Part shown: positions 18,543-29,776 of the stretch, one piece after another
How the letters are laid out: each line of letters starts with the position of its first letter
How positions within the stretch are numbered: position 1 is the first letter of the stretch
From: Actinomycetales bacterium
GTDB taxonomy: Bacteria > Actinomycetota > Actinomycetes > JAJZTN01
Length of the DNA: 63,847 nt
Assembly (NCBI GenBank): GCA_051960855.1
Contig: JBQCDV010000155.1
Location: 1 to 63,847 of the forward strand
Direction of reading: 5' to 3'
Notes under the pieces: generated by a model
The model's input: the letters and a program-made list of their open reading frames with translations, nothing else
What the model was told of the DNA's origin: nothing
Databases searched by the model: none
Program-made: the position numbers and the translations under genes

Positions 18543-19202
18543 CTACCCGAACCTGCGCCACTGCCCTTCGGAGACGACCTCGACGTCCCCGTCGACGACT
18601 CTGATAGCCGTCTGCTCATCGATGGCGTAGGCCGGCCCGCCGAGGTCGGCAGCCCACCGCTCAGCGTCCGCCATCGTGTTCTCAGGGAAGGCGTCGAGGT
18701 GCGGGAAGATCGAGAAGTCGACGATGCCCAGCGTTCGGTCGTCCGAGGCCCCTGACCAGTGGACGAAGTCCTGTCCGACGCGCGGCGTCATCACCATGCT
18801 GCCGGCGCTGACTCCCACCCAGACCGTGTCCGACAGCGACGGCAGCAGCTCCGCCAGGCCGGACTCCCGCACCCAGTGGCACAAGTAGGTCGCGTCGCCG
18901 CCGTCGACGAGGAGCACGTCAGCCTCCCGGACCCACGGCACCCACCGGTCCGCGCCGATCGTGGGCAGCGCCGTGAGCTCGAGGACGCCGAGGGAGCCCC
19001 ATCCCAGTCCCGAGAAGCTGCTCCAGGCGGAGCCGGCCGCGATCAGGCCTCGCACCGACGCCGGCCCACACATCGCGTGACCCCACTGCGCCGTCGGGAC
19101 AATCAGGGCACTGCTGTCCTCGACCGGCTTGCCGAGGAGTTCGACGAGCGCAGCACGGATGCTGGCGTTGGTCACGCCACCCGAGGTGAGCAAGAGCTTC
19201 AC
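18543..19202 (-). CDS. Peptidase S51/peptidase E-like (class I GATase-like fold)
   Basis: KLLLTSGG, LLVDGGD..YL, WVGVSAGS (Ser nucleophile), FPHL; GTG after GGAGGA. Confidence 0.88.
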   Translation of the reverse strand: MKLLLTSGGVTNASIRAALVELLGKPVEDSSALIVPTAQWGHAMCGPASVRGLIAAGSAWSSFSGLGWGSLGVLELTALPTIGADRWVPWVREADVLLVDGGDATYLCHWVRESGLAELLPSLSDTVWVGVSAGSMVMTPRVGQDFVHWSGASDDRTLGIVDFSIFPHLDAFPENTMADAERWAADLGGPAYAIDEQTAIRVVDGDVEVVSEGQWRRFG

Positions 19203-19325
19203 GACTTCCTCCAACATGCCGACCGACGAACGACGGAGCGAGTGCCCGCGGACGCGGGTGGGTGGGCGCAGTAGCCTACGGACCGTCCTGGCGGTCACGT
19301 GACGCCAGCAGCGAGGGAGCGCCAG

Positions 19326-20246
19326 GTGACCGAGTATCCCGAGATCGTCGTCGTCGGCAGCGCCAACGTCGACCTCGTCGCAAGCGTTGTCTCTCTCCCC
19401 CGCCCGGGTGAGACCGTCCTGGCCCAGTCCTATGCGGAGTATCCCGGCGGCAAGGGTGCCAACCAGGCAATCGCCGCAGCCCGGCTGGGACGCCGCGTCG
19501 CCTTCATCGGCCGCGTGGGCGAGGACGCAGCAGCCGACCTAGTGCGTGACGCGCTAGCGCAGGAGGGCGTCGACGTAGCCAGGCTGTCGCCGACGAGCGG
19601 CGCGGCGACGGGGCGTGCGCTGATCGCGGTCGACGCAGCCGCAGAAAACTCGATCGTCGTCGTTCCAGGTGCTAACGCCGCGCTCACAGCCGAGGACGTC
19701 GCGTCGCAGGAGCACCTGCTGGCTGGAGCGGCGGTTGTCGTCGCCCAGCTCGAGGTCCCTCTCGAGACGGTGCACCGGGCGGCATCTCTGGCACAGGGTC
19801 GATTCCTCCTCAACCCCGCCCCGGCCACTCGCCTCGACCCTGAGCTGCTCGACCTGGTCGACGTGCTGGTCGTCAACGAGGGCGAGTTCGGCGTCGTGAC
19901 CGGAGTGGCCGTGCCCGACGCCCTGCAGACATTGGGCGACGTCCTCTCGGATGTGGCCCTGCCCTGTGCGGTGGTCATCACCCTCGGCGGACGAGGCGCT
20001 GCCGTGTGGCAGCACGGTGACGTGGCGATTGTCCCCGCGCCACCGGTCGACGTCGTCGACACGACTGGCGCGGGCGACACCTTCGTTGGCGCACTCGCCG
20101 ACGGTCTCGTCCGGGGCTTGCCGCTCGCGGAAGCGGCCCGGTGGGCGGTCGCCGCCGCGTCCCTCTCCACGCTGGCGCTCGGAGCAACCAGCGGCATGCC
20201 AGCGGCCGACCGCGTGCACGAGCTGCTCGCACAGCAGCAGGGATGA
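19326..20246 (+). CDS. rbsK: Ribokinase (PfkB family)
   Basis: VVGSANVDL, PGGKGANQAIAAARLG, NPAPA, VNEGE, DTTGAGDTF. Confidence 0.88.
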   Translation: MTEYPEIVVVGSANVDLVASVVSLPRPGETVLAQSYAEYPGGKGANQAIAAARLGRRVAFIGRVGEDAAADLVRDALAQEGVDVARLSPTSGAATGRALIAVDAAAENSIVVVPGANAALTAEDVASQEHLLAGAAVVVAQLEVPLETVHRAASLAQGRFLLNPAPATRLDPELLDLVDVLVVNEGEFGVVTGVAVPDALQTLGDVLSDVALPCAVVITLGGRGAAVWQHGDVAIVPAPPVDVVDTTGAGDTFVGALADGLVRGLPLAEAARWAVAAASLSTLALGATSGMPAADRVHELLAQQQG

Positions 20247-20257
20247 GCAGTCCGAGC

Positions 20258-20296
20258 AGCTGAGGCGACAGCCGGACGCAGGCTGTCGCCTCAGCT
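20258..20296. terminator. Bidirectional terminator hairpin
   Basis: AGCTGAGGCGACAGCC-N7-GGCTGTCGCCTCAGCT, perfect 16-bp stem between convergent rbsK and dhaL. Confidence 0.8.
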
Positions 20297-20303
20297 TCGG
20301 ACG

Positions 20304-20923
20304 TCAGCTCAGCGCATTCTGCAGGCTCTTGAGAAACAGCACGTAGGCGGTGGCGCCGGGGTCGGGGTGACCGGAGCCACGCTCTCCGACCCAGGCTGCC
20401 CGGCCTCGCCGACCTGCCTGATCGCGCGTCTCCTCGACGCCCTTCTCGGCGGCGGCGACCATCGCTGTCAGTGCGTCGTTCTTGTTGTCGCGCAAGGCGT
20501 CGAGGCTCGGCGCGAGCGCGTCCAGCACCGTCTTGTCACCGAGCTCTGCCTTCCCCCGCTCGGCGATGCGAGCCATGGCAGCCCGGCCCACTCGCTCGGC
20601 GAGCGCGTCATCCCATTCCGAGGCATCCCCCACCTCCTTCGAAGCGGCGAGGAGCCCGGCCCCCACGAGCGCCGCCATCGTCGAGGGGTTGGCCTTCGCG
20701 AAAGCGGCGCCGGCGCTGCGCAGCAGAGCCCCGACGGTCTCGGGCGGGTTCTCCTTCAGCGCCTGCCGGATCGCCTCCGAGCCCTTGTCCACGGTGATCC
20801 CCAGGTCACCGTCTCCCACGGCCGCATCGAGGTCCCGCAGGGTCTCCCGATGGCTCGATAGGTTCTGTAGTGCCGAGTCGAGCACGGCCACGACCTCGTC
20901 CACTCGCATGGCTCGACCTGCGC

Positions 20924-20927
<4 letters not shown>
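20304..20927 (-). CDS. dhaL: Dihydroxyacetone-kinase-family L subunit (DAK2 domain)
   Basis: LDAAVGDGDLG, GKAELGDKTVLDAL, GRAAWVGER..GHPDPGA. Confidence 0.92.
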
Positions 20928-21921
<994 letters not shown>

Positions 21922-21922
<1 letters not shown>

Positions 21923-23058
21923 CAGGCAGCGTCCTCTGTGGTGGCACGACTCCAAAGGTCGTGCAATGAGCGAACGGGTGGGCCGAGCAGGAGCGAGCGA
22001 GCGGCCGCGATGCACCGCTGCTGAGCGCGCAGGCGAGGCACGTCGGGTAGCGAGTCGATGTCGATGACGTGCGCCAGCCCGACGATGCGCCGGACCAGCT
22101 CTGTCGCGGCGTACCTCGCGGTGTCAGCAAGCAGGTTGCTGAGGAAGATCTCGTCCCAGGGATGGTCCTTGGGCCAGATTTGGCGGACTTCGTCGCTCAG
22201 CGCCGCCCAGAAGTCCGTGAGGTACTCGTCAACGTGCGGAGCGAAGCCGTCGCCGAGCTCCTGGTGAGCGACCGCAGAGAACGCGAGGTTAGCGACGACG
22301 TTCCCCGTGTCGTAGCCCATGGGGCCGATGAAGGCGAACTCCGGGTCGATGACACGCGCATCGCCGTCAGCCACCATGATCGAGCCCGTGTGCAGGTCGC
22401 CGTGGATCAGCGCCTCATGCCTGGTGCGGAACTCCCACAGCAGCTGCGAGGCGGCCCGCCGCATTGCGGCGTCGCCCTGCAGCGAGGCGGCGAGCTCAGC
22501 CGCAGCCTCGTCGTACCGGTTGGACTCCGCGTCCGTGTAGGGCGCGGTGAAGACGAGCTCCTCGCTGATGGCGCAGAGGTCCGGATTGACGAAGCGCGTG
22601 GCCAGGCGTTTGCGGCTGGCGGGGTCCATGAGCAGGTCGCTGGTGCCCAGCAGGGTGCGGGCGCAGTAGCGGCCGATCTGCTCGGCCACGCCGGTCACGT
22701 GGATCCCGGCCGTCAGCTGCGTGCGCCACACCTCGTGTCCGCGAAGGTCTTCCAGGACCATCGCGGCGTGGTCGAGGTCGACTGCCAGCAGTGCGGGGAC
22801 CCGGTGCGGGGCGAGCTCCCCGTGCAACGCGAGGGCCTCGGCCTCGATACGCACGCGGTCCTGCGACAGCGGCCAAGCGTCGCCGACCACCTTGAGGTAT
22901 GGGGGCGCGTGCTTGACGATGACCGACTTGTCACCGCCGCGGACGCGGTAGACGACGTTGAGGTTGCCGTCGCCGATCTCCTCCGCGGTGGCCGGTCCAT
23001 CGCCGAGGTGGGGGGCAGCGAGGCTCAGAGCCAGGGAGTCGTCGAGTGTCTCTCCCAT
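21922..23058 (-). CDS. mtnK: 5-methylthioribose/5-deoxyribose kinase
   Basis: EIGDGNLN.V, VIVKHA.PY...G..WPL...R, LIHGDLHTGS, VIDPEFAF.GPMG.D.G. Confidence 0.93.
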
Positions 23059-23063
23059 CGGCC

Positions 23064-24113
23064 TCACCCCGCCGCGGAGAGCCGGCGCTGGTTGAGCGCG
23101 TCGAGCAGGACCGCCACGAAGATGACGACGCCCTGGATGAACTGCGTCCAGAACGGGTTGACGTTGAGCAGCGTGAGGCCGTTGTTGATGACTCCGATCA
23201 GCAGCGCGCCGATGAAGGTTCCCAGCAAGCTGCCGCGCCCGCCGAAGAGCGAGGTGCCGCCGATGACGACGGCTGCGATGACCTGCAGCTCGAGTCCGGT
23301 GGCGGAGGACGACAGCGCGGAGTTCAGACGCCCCGCCAGCACGATGCCAGCGAGCCCTGCACAGAGACCGGCGATGACGTAGACGCTGAAGATGACGCGC
23401 TTGACGGGGATGCCGGCGAGCCGGGCCGCCTCCACGTTGCCGCCGACCGCGTAGACCTGCTGGCCGAAGCTCGTGCGGGTGAGGACGAACCACCCGGCGG
23501 CGAAGACGAGGATCGTGATGATGACGGGTGCCTGGATACCGGCGATCTTGCCGTTGCCCAGGAACGTGAAGTCGGCGGGGAAGCCGAAGATGGTCTGACC
23601 CTGCGAGACCTGCTGGGTGAGTCCGCGGCCCATGGCGAGCACGGCCAGCGTCGCGATGAACGGCGTCAGCCGCAGCGCGGTGATGGAGCCGCCGTTGAAG
23701 GCCCCGACGGCGGCACCAACAAGCAGTGCCACGACCAGACCGGCGATGCCACCGACGTGGGCCTGCTTCATCGCCCAGGCGGCCACCATTCCTGACAGGG
23801 CGACGTTGGAGCCGACGCTGAGGTCGATGCCGCTGGTGATGATGACGAACGTGCCCCCGACGGCAGCGATGCCCACGACGGAGATCTGGACGACGACGTT
23901 CAGGAGGTTGGATGTCGTCAGGAAGCTGTTGGTCGTGACCGCGAGGATGGCGCACAGCACGAGCAGCGCCGCAAGCAAGGGGCCGACTCCGCTGAGAAGG
24001 GACTCCACCCAGGCGCGCTGGTGCGTCGTGCGGCCGGCGAGGTCCTCGCGCCCGGTCCGCTGCGCTTCGACCTCCGGGTGCAACGCCGCAGGAGCCGAGG
24101 GATTGTCGCTCAT
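23064..24113 (-). CDS. Sugar ABC transporter permease (RbsC-like)
   Basis: GIDLSVGS, PFIATL, TSFGQQVYAVGGN.EAARLAGI, ELQVIAAVVIGGTSLFGGRG. Confidence 0.93.
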   Translation of the reverse strand: MSDNPSAPAALHPEVEAQRTGREDLAGRTTHQRAWVESLLSGVGPLLAALLVLCAILAVTTNSFLTTSNLLNVVVQISVVGIAAVGGTFVIITSGIDLSVGSNVALSGMVAAWAMKQAHVGGIAGLVVALLVGAAVGAFNGGSITALRLTPFIATLAVLAMGRGLTQQVSQGQTIFGFPADFTFLGNGKIAGIQAPVIITILVFAAGWFVLTRTSFGQQVYAVGGNVEAARLAGIPVKRVIFSVYVIAGLCAGLAGIVLAGRLNSALSSSATGLELQVIAAVVIGGTSLFGGRGSLLGTFIGALLIGVINNGLTLLNVNPFWTQFIQGVVIFVAVLLDALNQRRLSAAG

Positions 24114-24123
24114 TGGATTTCTC

Positions 24124-25611
24124 TCACTTCCCGGAAGTAGCCCAGCGCATGACGGTCTCTTGATCTGCTTCCTCGCGTGCGAGGGTCGTGACGACGCGCC
24201 CCTGGCGCATCACAACGACGCGGTCGGACATCCCGAGCAGCTCGGGGAGCTCGGAGCTCACGAGAATGACCGCGGCGCCCTGCTCGGCGAGGTGAAGGAC
24301 GTGGCCGTAGATCTCGGCCTTCGCTGCGACGTCGATACCCCGAGTCGGTTCGTCGAGCAGGATCACGCGCGGCCCGGTCCCCGTGACGCGCCCGAGGATC
24401 ACCTTCTGCTGGTTGCCGCCTGAGAGCTTGCCGACGTGCTGGCGGACACTCGAGGCGCGAACGCCGAAGCGTTTGACGACCTCGTCGGCGAACCGCCGGC
24501 GCGCGGCGAAGTTGACGACGCCGCCCCGGCTCACCGAACCGAGGCTCGACAGGACGGCGTTGTTCTCGATGCTCGCCTCGAGCAGCAGTCCCTCGGCCTT
24601 CCGGTCTTCGGGCGCATAGACGATGCCTGAGCGCAGCCCCTGCCTCGTAGAGCGCAGCGGGACCGCCTTGCCCTTGACCCGCACCTGGCCCGATGACGGC
24701 GGCAGTGCCCCGGAGATGGCTTTGAGCAGCTCGGTGCGGCCGGCACCGGCAATGCCGGCCACACCGACGATCTCCCCGGCGCGCACAGTCAGGGAAGCGC
24801 CGTTGAGGCGGGGCGCGCGGTGCAGCCCCTCGACCTCGAGAACGACGTCGCCGACCGGGCGCGGCCGCCAGGGGTACATCTGGTCGAGGTCACGCGCCAC
24901 CATCGCGCGCACCAGCGAAGGCTCGGTCCACTCCGAGATGGGTCGCGTCTCGACCGCCAGGCCGTCGCGCATCACCATCGCCGAGTCGCACACCTCGAAG
25001 ATCTCCTCGAGGTGGTGACTGATGTAGATGATGCCGATCCCCTGGGCCTTCAGGTCCCGCACCACTGTGAACAGCGTGGCGATGTCGTCATGCTGCAGGG
25101 CGGCTGTTGGCTCGTCCATCACGAGGATGCGCGCGTGCCGAGCCAGCGCCTTGGCGATCTCGACGAGCTGCCGGACGTTGAGCGGGAGGCTCGAGATGCG
25201 CCGGTCGGGGTCCAGCCCGTCGAGGCCCACCTGGCTCAGGACCTCGCGCGCTCGGGCTTTGGCGTTGGAGCGGTCGAGCACCCCGGCGCGTGCCGGCATG
25301 CGCCCGAGAAAGAGGTTCTCGGTCACCGTCATGTCGGGAACGAGGCTGAGCTCCTGGTAGATGACCGCCACGCCCGCGTCGATGGCGGCCGCTGGCCCAG
25401 GTGGCAGCACGTGCCCGTCGACGACGACCTGGCCGGAGTCTGCGGTGTAGGCGCCGGCGAGGATCTTCATGAGCGTCGACTTGCCGGCGCCGTTCTCCCC
25501 GACCAGTCCGAGGACGTGCGAGGCAGGCACCTGCAGGCTCACGCCCTTGAGCGCACGAACGCCCGGAAATGACTTGCTGACTTCGCGCATCTCCAGCAGC
25601 GCAGACGTCAC
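24124..25611 (-). CDS. Sugar ABC transporter ATPase (RbsA-like, tandem NBD)
   Basis: GENGAGKSTL, MDEPTA, LSGGNQQKV, LDEPTRGID. Confidence 0.95.
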   Translation of the reverse strand: MTSALLEMREVSKSFPGVRALKGVSLQVPASHVLGLVGENGAGKSTLMKILAGAYTADSGQVVVDGHVLPPGPAAAIDAGVAVIYQELSLVPDMTVTENLFLGRMPARAGVLDRSNAKARAREVLSQVGLDGLDPDRRISSLPLNVRQLVEIAKALARHARILVMDEPTAALQHDDIATLFTVVRDLKAQGIGIIYISHHLEEIFEVCDSAMVMRDGLAVETRPISEWTEPSLVRAMVARDLDQMYPWRPRPVGDVVLEVEGLHRAPRLNGASLTVRAGEIVGVAGIAGAGRTELLKAISGALPPSSGQVRVKGKAVPLRSTRQGLRSGIVYAPEDRKAEGLLLEASIENNAVLSSLGSVSRGGVVNFAARRRFADEVVKRFGVRASSVRQHVGKLSGGNQQKVILGRVTGTGPRVILLDEPTRGIDVAAKAEIYGHVLHLAEQGAAVILVSSELPELLGMSDRVVVMRQGRVVTTLAREEADQETVMRWATSGK

Positions 25612-25652
25612 TCGAGGCCCCAATCGTCAAAGCTGTGGTCCGGCAGGGCGCC

Positions 25653-25683
25653 TTCCGGGGCGTGCGTGTCGCACACCCCGGAA
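25653..25683. promoter_or_regulatory. Intercistronic stem-loop after the binding-protein gene
   Basis: TTCCGGGGCGTGCG-TGT-CGCACACCCCGGAA; typical position for stabilising SBP mRNA. Confidence 0.6.
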
Positions 25684-25692
25684 AGCGTGGAA

Positions 25693-26805
25693 TCACTGGA
25701 CCTCGGCCGACCAGATGCCGTAGTCCTTGACCTCCTGCGAGTCGATGTTGGCCTTCGTGATGAGCTGGCTCGGCCAGTAGTCATGCGCCGGCACGCTCTT
25801 GCCATCGACGACGAGGTCCTTGATGTAGCTCATCGACTTCTCAGCCATCTTGATCGGGTTCTGGCTGATCGTGGCGTCCTGCTTGCCATCGCGGATGGCC
25901 TGCAGAGCCTGAGCGGTGCCGTCGAGACCGATGATCAGGATGTGGTCCTTGCTGCTCGGCGGCGCGTAGCGGTTCGCCGAGTCGATGGCGCGAAGGGCAC
26001 CGACGGTGTTGTCATCGTTGGCACCGAAGACGGCGTCGATCTTCGGCTGCGCCTGCAGGATGTTCGTCATCACGTTGAGGGACTTCTCCTGGTCGAAGCC
26101 GCCTTCCTGCTTGGCGACGACCTTGAGACCCGGGTACTTCGCGAGACCGGCCTGGAAGCCCTCCTCACGGCTCGCAGCCGCGGTTGTGCCCACGAGCCCG
26201 ACGAGGTCGACGACGTTGCCCTTGGCCTCGCCGTAGCGGTCCTTCAGCTGCGCCGCGATCCAGTCAGCGGCCTCCTCACCGGCCTTCTTGTTGTTGGTCT
26301 CCACGAAGCAGGTGATCTTGCCGCCGCTCGCACCGCGGTCGAGGGTGAAGACGGGGACGTTCTTCGCGTTCGCCGCCTGCACGACCGGGGTGATGCCGTT
26401 GGAGTCGATGGGCGTCAGCACCAGGACGTTGACGCCCTGGTTGAGCAGGTTCATCGCGTCGTTGAACTGCTGCTGGGCGTCACCGTTGGCGTTGGTCTCC
26501 TTGAGCTGGAAACCCTCCTTGGCGGTGCCGTCCTTGACGCCCTTCTCCAGGCCGACGAAGAAGGCGTTGGTCAGGGTGGGGCCGGCGTAGCCGACGACGA
26601 CGTCGGAGGCCTTCATCGTCTTGCCGCCCGCAGCGGCGCCGCCACTCGCTCCGCCCGAGGCCCCGCCGCTGGCGCTGTCGCCGCCGGCACTCGCGCCACC
26701 GGTGGTCGTGGCGCCCGAGTTGGTGTCCTGCGAGCAAGCAGCCATGCCCGTGCTGGCGACGAGCAGCAGCGCGGCGATCGCGGCGTGCCGGGAAAATCGA
26801 CTCAC
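25693..26805 (-). CDS. Sugar ABC substrate-binding lipoprotein (RbsB-like)
   Basis: Lipobox MAAC, Gly/Ser linker, NAFF, VFTLDR, NDDNTVGA, IGLDG, ATISQNP. Confidence 0.93.
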   Translation of the reverse strand: MSRFSRHAAIAALLLVASTGMAACSQDTNSGATTTGGASAGGDSASGGASGGASGGAAAGGKTMKASDVVVGYAGPTLTNAFFVGLEKGVKDGTAKEGFQLKETNANGDAQQQFNDAMNLLNQGVNVLVLTPIDSNGITPVVQAANAKNVPVFTLDRGASGGKITCFVETNNKKAGEEAADWIAAQLKDRYGEAKGNVVDLVGLVGTTAAASREEGFQAGLAKYPGLKVVAKQEGGFDQEKSLNVMTNILQAQPKIDAVFGANDDNTVGALRAIDSANRYAPPSSKDHILIIGLDGTAQALQAIRDGKQDATISQNPIKMAEKSMSYIKDLVVDGKSVPAHDYWPSQLITKANIDSQEVKDYGIWSAEVQ

Positions 26806-27845
26806 GTTGTACTCCTTGGGGTGAGAGGTGCAGCCTCCGGAGCAGCGGCGCCGGGAGGAGTGGTGGAGAGCTCGGTCAAGGACCGCCGCTCGGTGACGAT
26901 CGCCGAGATGAGATCGGCGGGAGTGACGTCGAAGGCCGGGTTGAGGCCACGACTGCCGGGAGCGGCAAGACGGCGTCCCTGGTGCTCCAGCACCTCGGAC
27001 TCGTCGCGCAGCTCGATGGGAATGTCGGCGCCGGTCTCCGCAGCCGCATCGATCGTCGCTTCGGGTGCGGCGACGACGAAGGGGATGCCGGCCCGATGCG
27101 CGGCAAGGGCATGACCGACGGTGCCGACCTTGTTGGCGACGTCGCCATTCGCGGCGATGCGGTCAGCGCCCACGACTACCGCGCCTACCTCGCCCCGAAG
27201 CACTAGCCCAGCAGCGGCGGAGTCGACGATGACACGGTGCGGGATGCCTGCGCGCTGCAGCTCCCACGCTGTCAGTCGGCTGCCCTGCAGCAGGGGTCGC
27301 GTCTCGCAGACGTAGACCATCTCGAGGGGCGACCTGGCGTGCAACGCGTTGATGACCGCCAGCGCCGTTCCCTCCTCCACGCCGGCGAGCGCGCCGGCAT
27401 TGCAGTGGGTGAGGATGGTCCGCGCGCCGTCAAGGAGGGCCGCGCCCGCCTGTCCGATAGCGCGGTTCGCCTCGATGTCGGCGTCTCTCACCCTCAGCGC
27501 GGCGGCGAGGACGTCGTCCACCGATTGGGTCTGGCGCCACACCTGCAGGACAGTCTCAACCCCCACGCCGAGGTTCACCGCGGTTGGGCGAGCGTGGGCA
27601 AGCTTGGCCGCGGCCGCCTCAACCGCCTCGCCGACCTCGGCGCCGGAGTCGTGCGCGCCGACGGCAGCGAGTGCCACGCCGAGCGCCCCAGCCACGCCGA
27701 GGGCCATCGCCCCGCGGATGGCCAGAGACTGGATCAACGAGACCAGGTCGTCAACGTCGGTGATGTCGAGGACGACCTCGTCATGTGGCAGGCGGGTCTG
27801 GTCGATGGCGACCACATGGCCGTCCGCCCAGTCGATGGTTCGCAC
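26802..27845 (-). CDS. mtnA: 5-methylthioribose/5-deoxyribose-1-phosphate isomerase
   Basis: IDQTRLP, IRGAMALG, ARPTAVNL, ILTHCNAG.LA, ETRPLLQGSRLTAWEL, GADRIAANGDVANKVGT, NPAFDVTP. Confidence 0.95.
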   Translation of the reverse strand: MRTIDWADGHVVAIDQTRLPHDEVVLDITDVDDLVSLIQSLAIRGAMALGVAGALGVALAAVGAHDSGAEVGEAVEAAAAKLAHARPTAVNLGVGVETVLQVWRQTQSVDDVLAAALRVRDADIEANRAIGQAGAALLDGARTILTHCNAGALAGVEEGTALAVINALHARSPLEMVYVCETRPLLQGSRLTAWELQRAGIPHRVIVDSAAAGLVLRGEVGAVVVGADRIAANGDVANKVGTVGHALAAHRAGIPFVVAAPEATIDAAAETGADIPIELRDESEVLEHQGRRLAAPGSRGLNPAFDVTPADLISAIVTERRSLTELSTTPPGAAAPEAAPLTPRSTT

Positions 27846-27908
27846 AAGGCGTGATAGTTGTCTGACGACTGACGTCTGTCAAGCGATCATCGGTATAGTG
27901 ACCAAGCC
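27846..27908. promoter_or_regulatory. Divergent mtnA/gntR promoter-operator region
   Basis: 63-bp gap; TTGACA on the minus strand (27877-27882), TATAGT on the plus strand (27894-27899), palindrome TGAC-GTCT-GTCA (27870-27881). Confidence 0.55.
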
Positions 27909-28667
27909 GTGATCATGGATCTTGGACGGGAGACTCAGCAGGTGGTCGCTCTCGGTGTGCAGGCGTCGCTCCCGCAGCAGGTCGCGGAGTCCCTGCGCGA
28001 GCGGATTCGCAACAAGGAGTGGGCCCCGGGCGACCGGCTGCCGACTGAGGCGGAGCTGGTTGCCTCATACGGCGTGTCGCGAGCGACCGTGAGGCAGTCC
28101 ATCAAGGATCTGGAAAACGAAGGGCTGGTTGTCGTCCGCCACGGACGCGGCACGTTCCTAGCCGAGCGTCAGGGCATCCACGCCGGGATGCAGGAGCTGG
28201 CGTCCATCTCCTCGACCATCGCCGAGATGGGCTTCCGCCCCTCGATGAAGTACCGGCGCCGTCGACTGAGACAGGCGACGAGTGACGAGCTTGCGGAGTT
28301 CGGGCTCGAGCCCCACAGTGAGGTCCTCGACATCCAGCGCAAGATTCTCGCCGACGACCAGACGGTCGCCTTCTCCTATGACGTCCTACCGCGGTGGGCG
28401 TTCCCCGAGGACTTCAAGCCCTCGCAGCTCACTGGATCGGTCTTCGGCTTCCTCGCCGAGCGTGCCGGACCACGCCCGACCCGCGCAGTAGCCGAGGTTC
28501 ACGCCGTGCGGTCGGACGACATCGGCTGGGACGACGAGGCAGGACCCGACCAGCTGTACGTCCTGCTGGACCAGATGCAGTTCGACCAGTTCGGCCGGCC
28601 CTTCATGCACTCGAAGAGCTTCTTCCTCGAGGGCCGGTTCAACTTCACCGTCATGCGTTCTCACTGA
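27909..28667 (+). CDS. GntR-family (HutC/UTRA) regulator
   Basis: GDRLPTE.EL...YGVSRATVRQ....L..EG wHTH plus UTRA-type C-terminus. Confidence 0.92.
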   Translation: MIMDLGRETQQVVALGVQASLPQQVAESLRERIRNKEWAPGDRLPTEAELVASYGVSRATVRQSIKDLENEGLVVVRHGRGTFLAERQGIHAGMQELASISSTIAEMGFRPSMKYRRRRLRQATSDELAEFGLEPHSEVLDIQRKILADDQTVAFSYDVLPRWAFPEDFKPSQLTGSVFGFLAERAGPRPTRAVAEVHAVRSDDIGWDDEAGPDQLYVLLDQMQFDQFGRPFMHSKSFFLEGRFNFTVMRSH

Positions 28668-28726
28668 CTCGATCGCTCGTCCGCCCAGCGGATCCCCTGC
28701 ACATCACTTCTTCTGGAGTTGCCCTC

Positions 28727-29728
28727 ATGAAGGCTGTCGTTCTCGAATCCCTTCGACCGATCGAAGAGAATCCCCTGTCCTACAAGGAGGTCGAGCGTCC
28801 GACCGCCGGTCCGGGAGAGCTGCTCATCCAGGTCGCCGCGTGCGGCGTGTGCCGGTCCAACCTGCACATGATCGAGGGTGACTGGGCACCGGCGACTCCG
28901 TCCTTCACTCCGATCATCCCCGGCCACGAGGTGGTCGGGACTGTCGCCGAGGTCGGCGCAGGGGTGGACACGTTCGTCCCGGGAGACCGCGTCGGGGTGC
29001 AGCCGCTGTTCTCCACCTGCGGTCACTGCCGCTACTGCCTGTCCGGGCTGGATCACCTGTGCCAGTCCAAGGAGATCACCGGCGAGTCCGTGAACGGCGG
29101 CTACGCCGAGTTCATGGTGTCCAAGGCCGCTCACACCTACCCGCTGCCCGACAACCTCGACTTCGCCGAGGCCGCTCCCCTCTTCTGCCCCGGCATCACC
29201 GCCTACGGCAGCGTGGCGAAGGCCGAGCTCGCGCCGGGCAAGTCCGTCGCCATCTTCGGCATGGGCGGGGTCGGGCACATGGTTCTGCAGATGGCGGCAC
29301 TGTTCGGCGCCGACGTCTTCGCCGTCAGCCGTGGCCGCAACCACCTCGAGCTCGCCGAAGAGCTGGGCGCGACCGGTGTGGCCGCCGAGGAGGCCGATGA
29401 GGTCCTGGGAGCGCGCGGTGGCGTGGACGCATCGATTGTCTTCGCCCCCTCCGACGCCGTCGTCCAGCAGGCGCTGCGGCTGACGCGACCGGGCGGCACC
29501 GTCGTCGTGGGTGTCAACGGCAATGTGGGCCCGCTGCCCTTCGCCACCGAGAAGACGGTCGTCGGCTCCCTCCTCGGCACTCGCCAGCAGATGCTCGACG
29601 TCCTCGCGCTCGCAGCTGCCGGCAAGATCAGGGCCAACTGCGAGACGTTCCCCCTCGAAAACGCCGCCGACGCCCTACAGAAGCTGAAGGCCGGCGAGGT
29701 CCGCGCGCGCGCCGTTCTCGTCGTCTGA
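28727..29728 (+). CDS. Zinc-dependent alcohol dehydrogenase (AdhP-like)
   Basis: CGVCRSNLH, PGHEVVG, CGHCRYCLSG..HLC structural Zn, GMGGVG. Confidence 0.92.
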   Translation: MKAVVLESLRPIEENPLSYKEVERPTAGPGELLIQVAACGVCRSNLHMIEGDWAPATPSFTPIIPGHEVVGTVAEVGAGVDTFVPGDRVGVQPLFSTCGHCRYCLSGLDHLCQSKEITGESVNGGYAEFMVSKAAHTYPLPDNLDFAEAAPLFCPGITAYGSVAKAELAPGKSVAIFGMGGVGHMVLQMAALFGADVFAVSRGRNHLELAEELGATGVAAEEADEVLGARGGVDASIVFAPSDAVVQQALRLTRPGGTVVVGVNGNVGPLPFATEKTVVGSLLGTRQQMLDVLALAAAGKIRANCETFPLENAADALQKLKAGEVRARAVLVV

Positions 29729-29776
29729 GCCAGCTCCTGCGCCTCACCTCGACCACTTCAACCCAAGGGACCCGAC

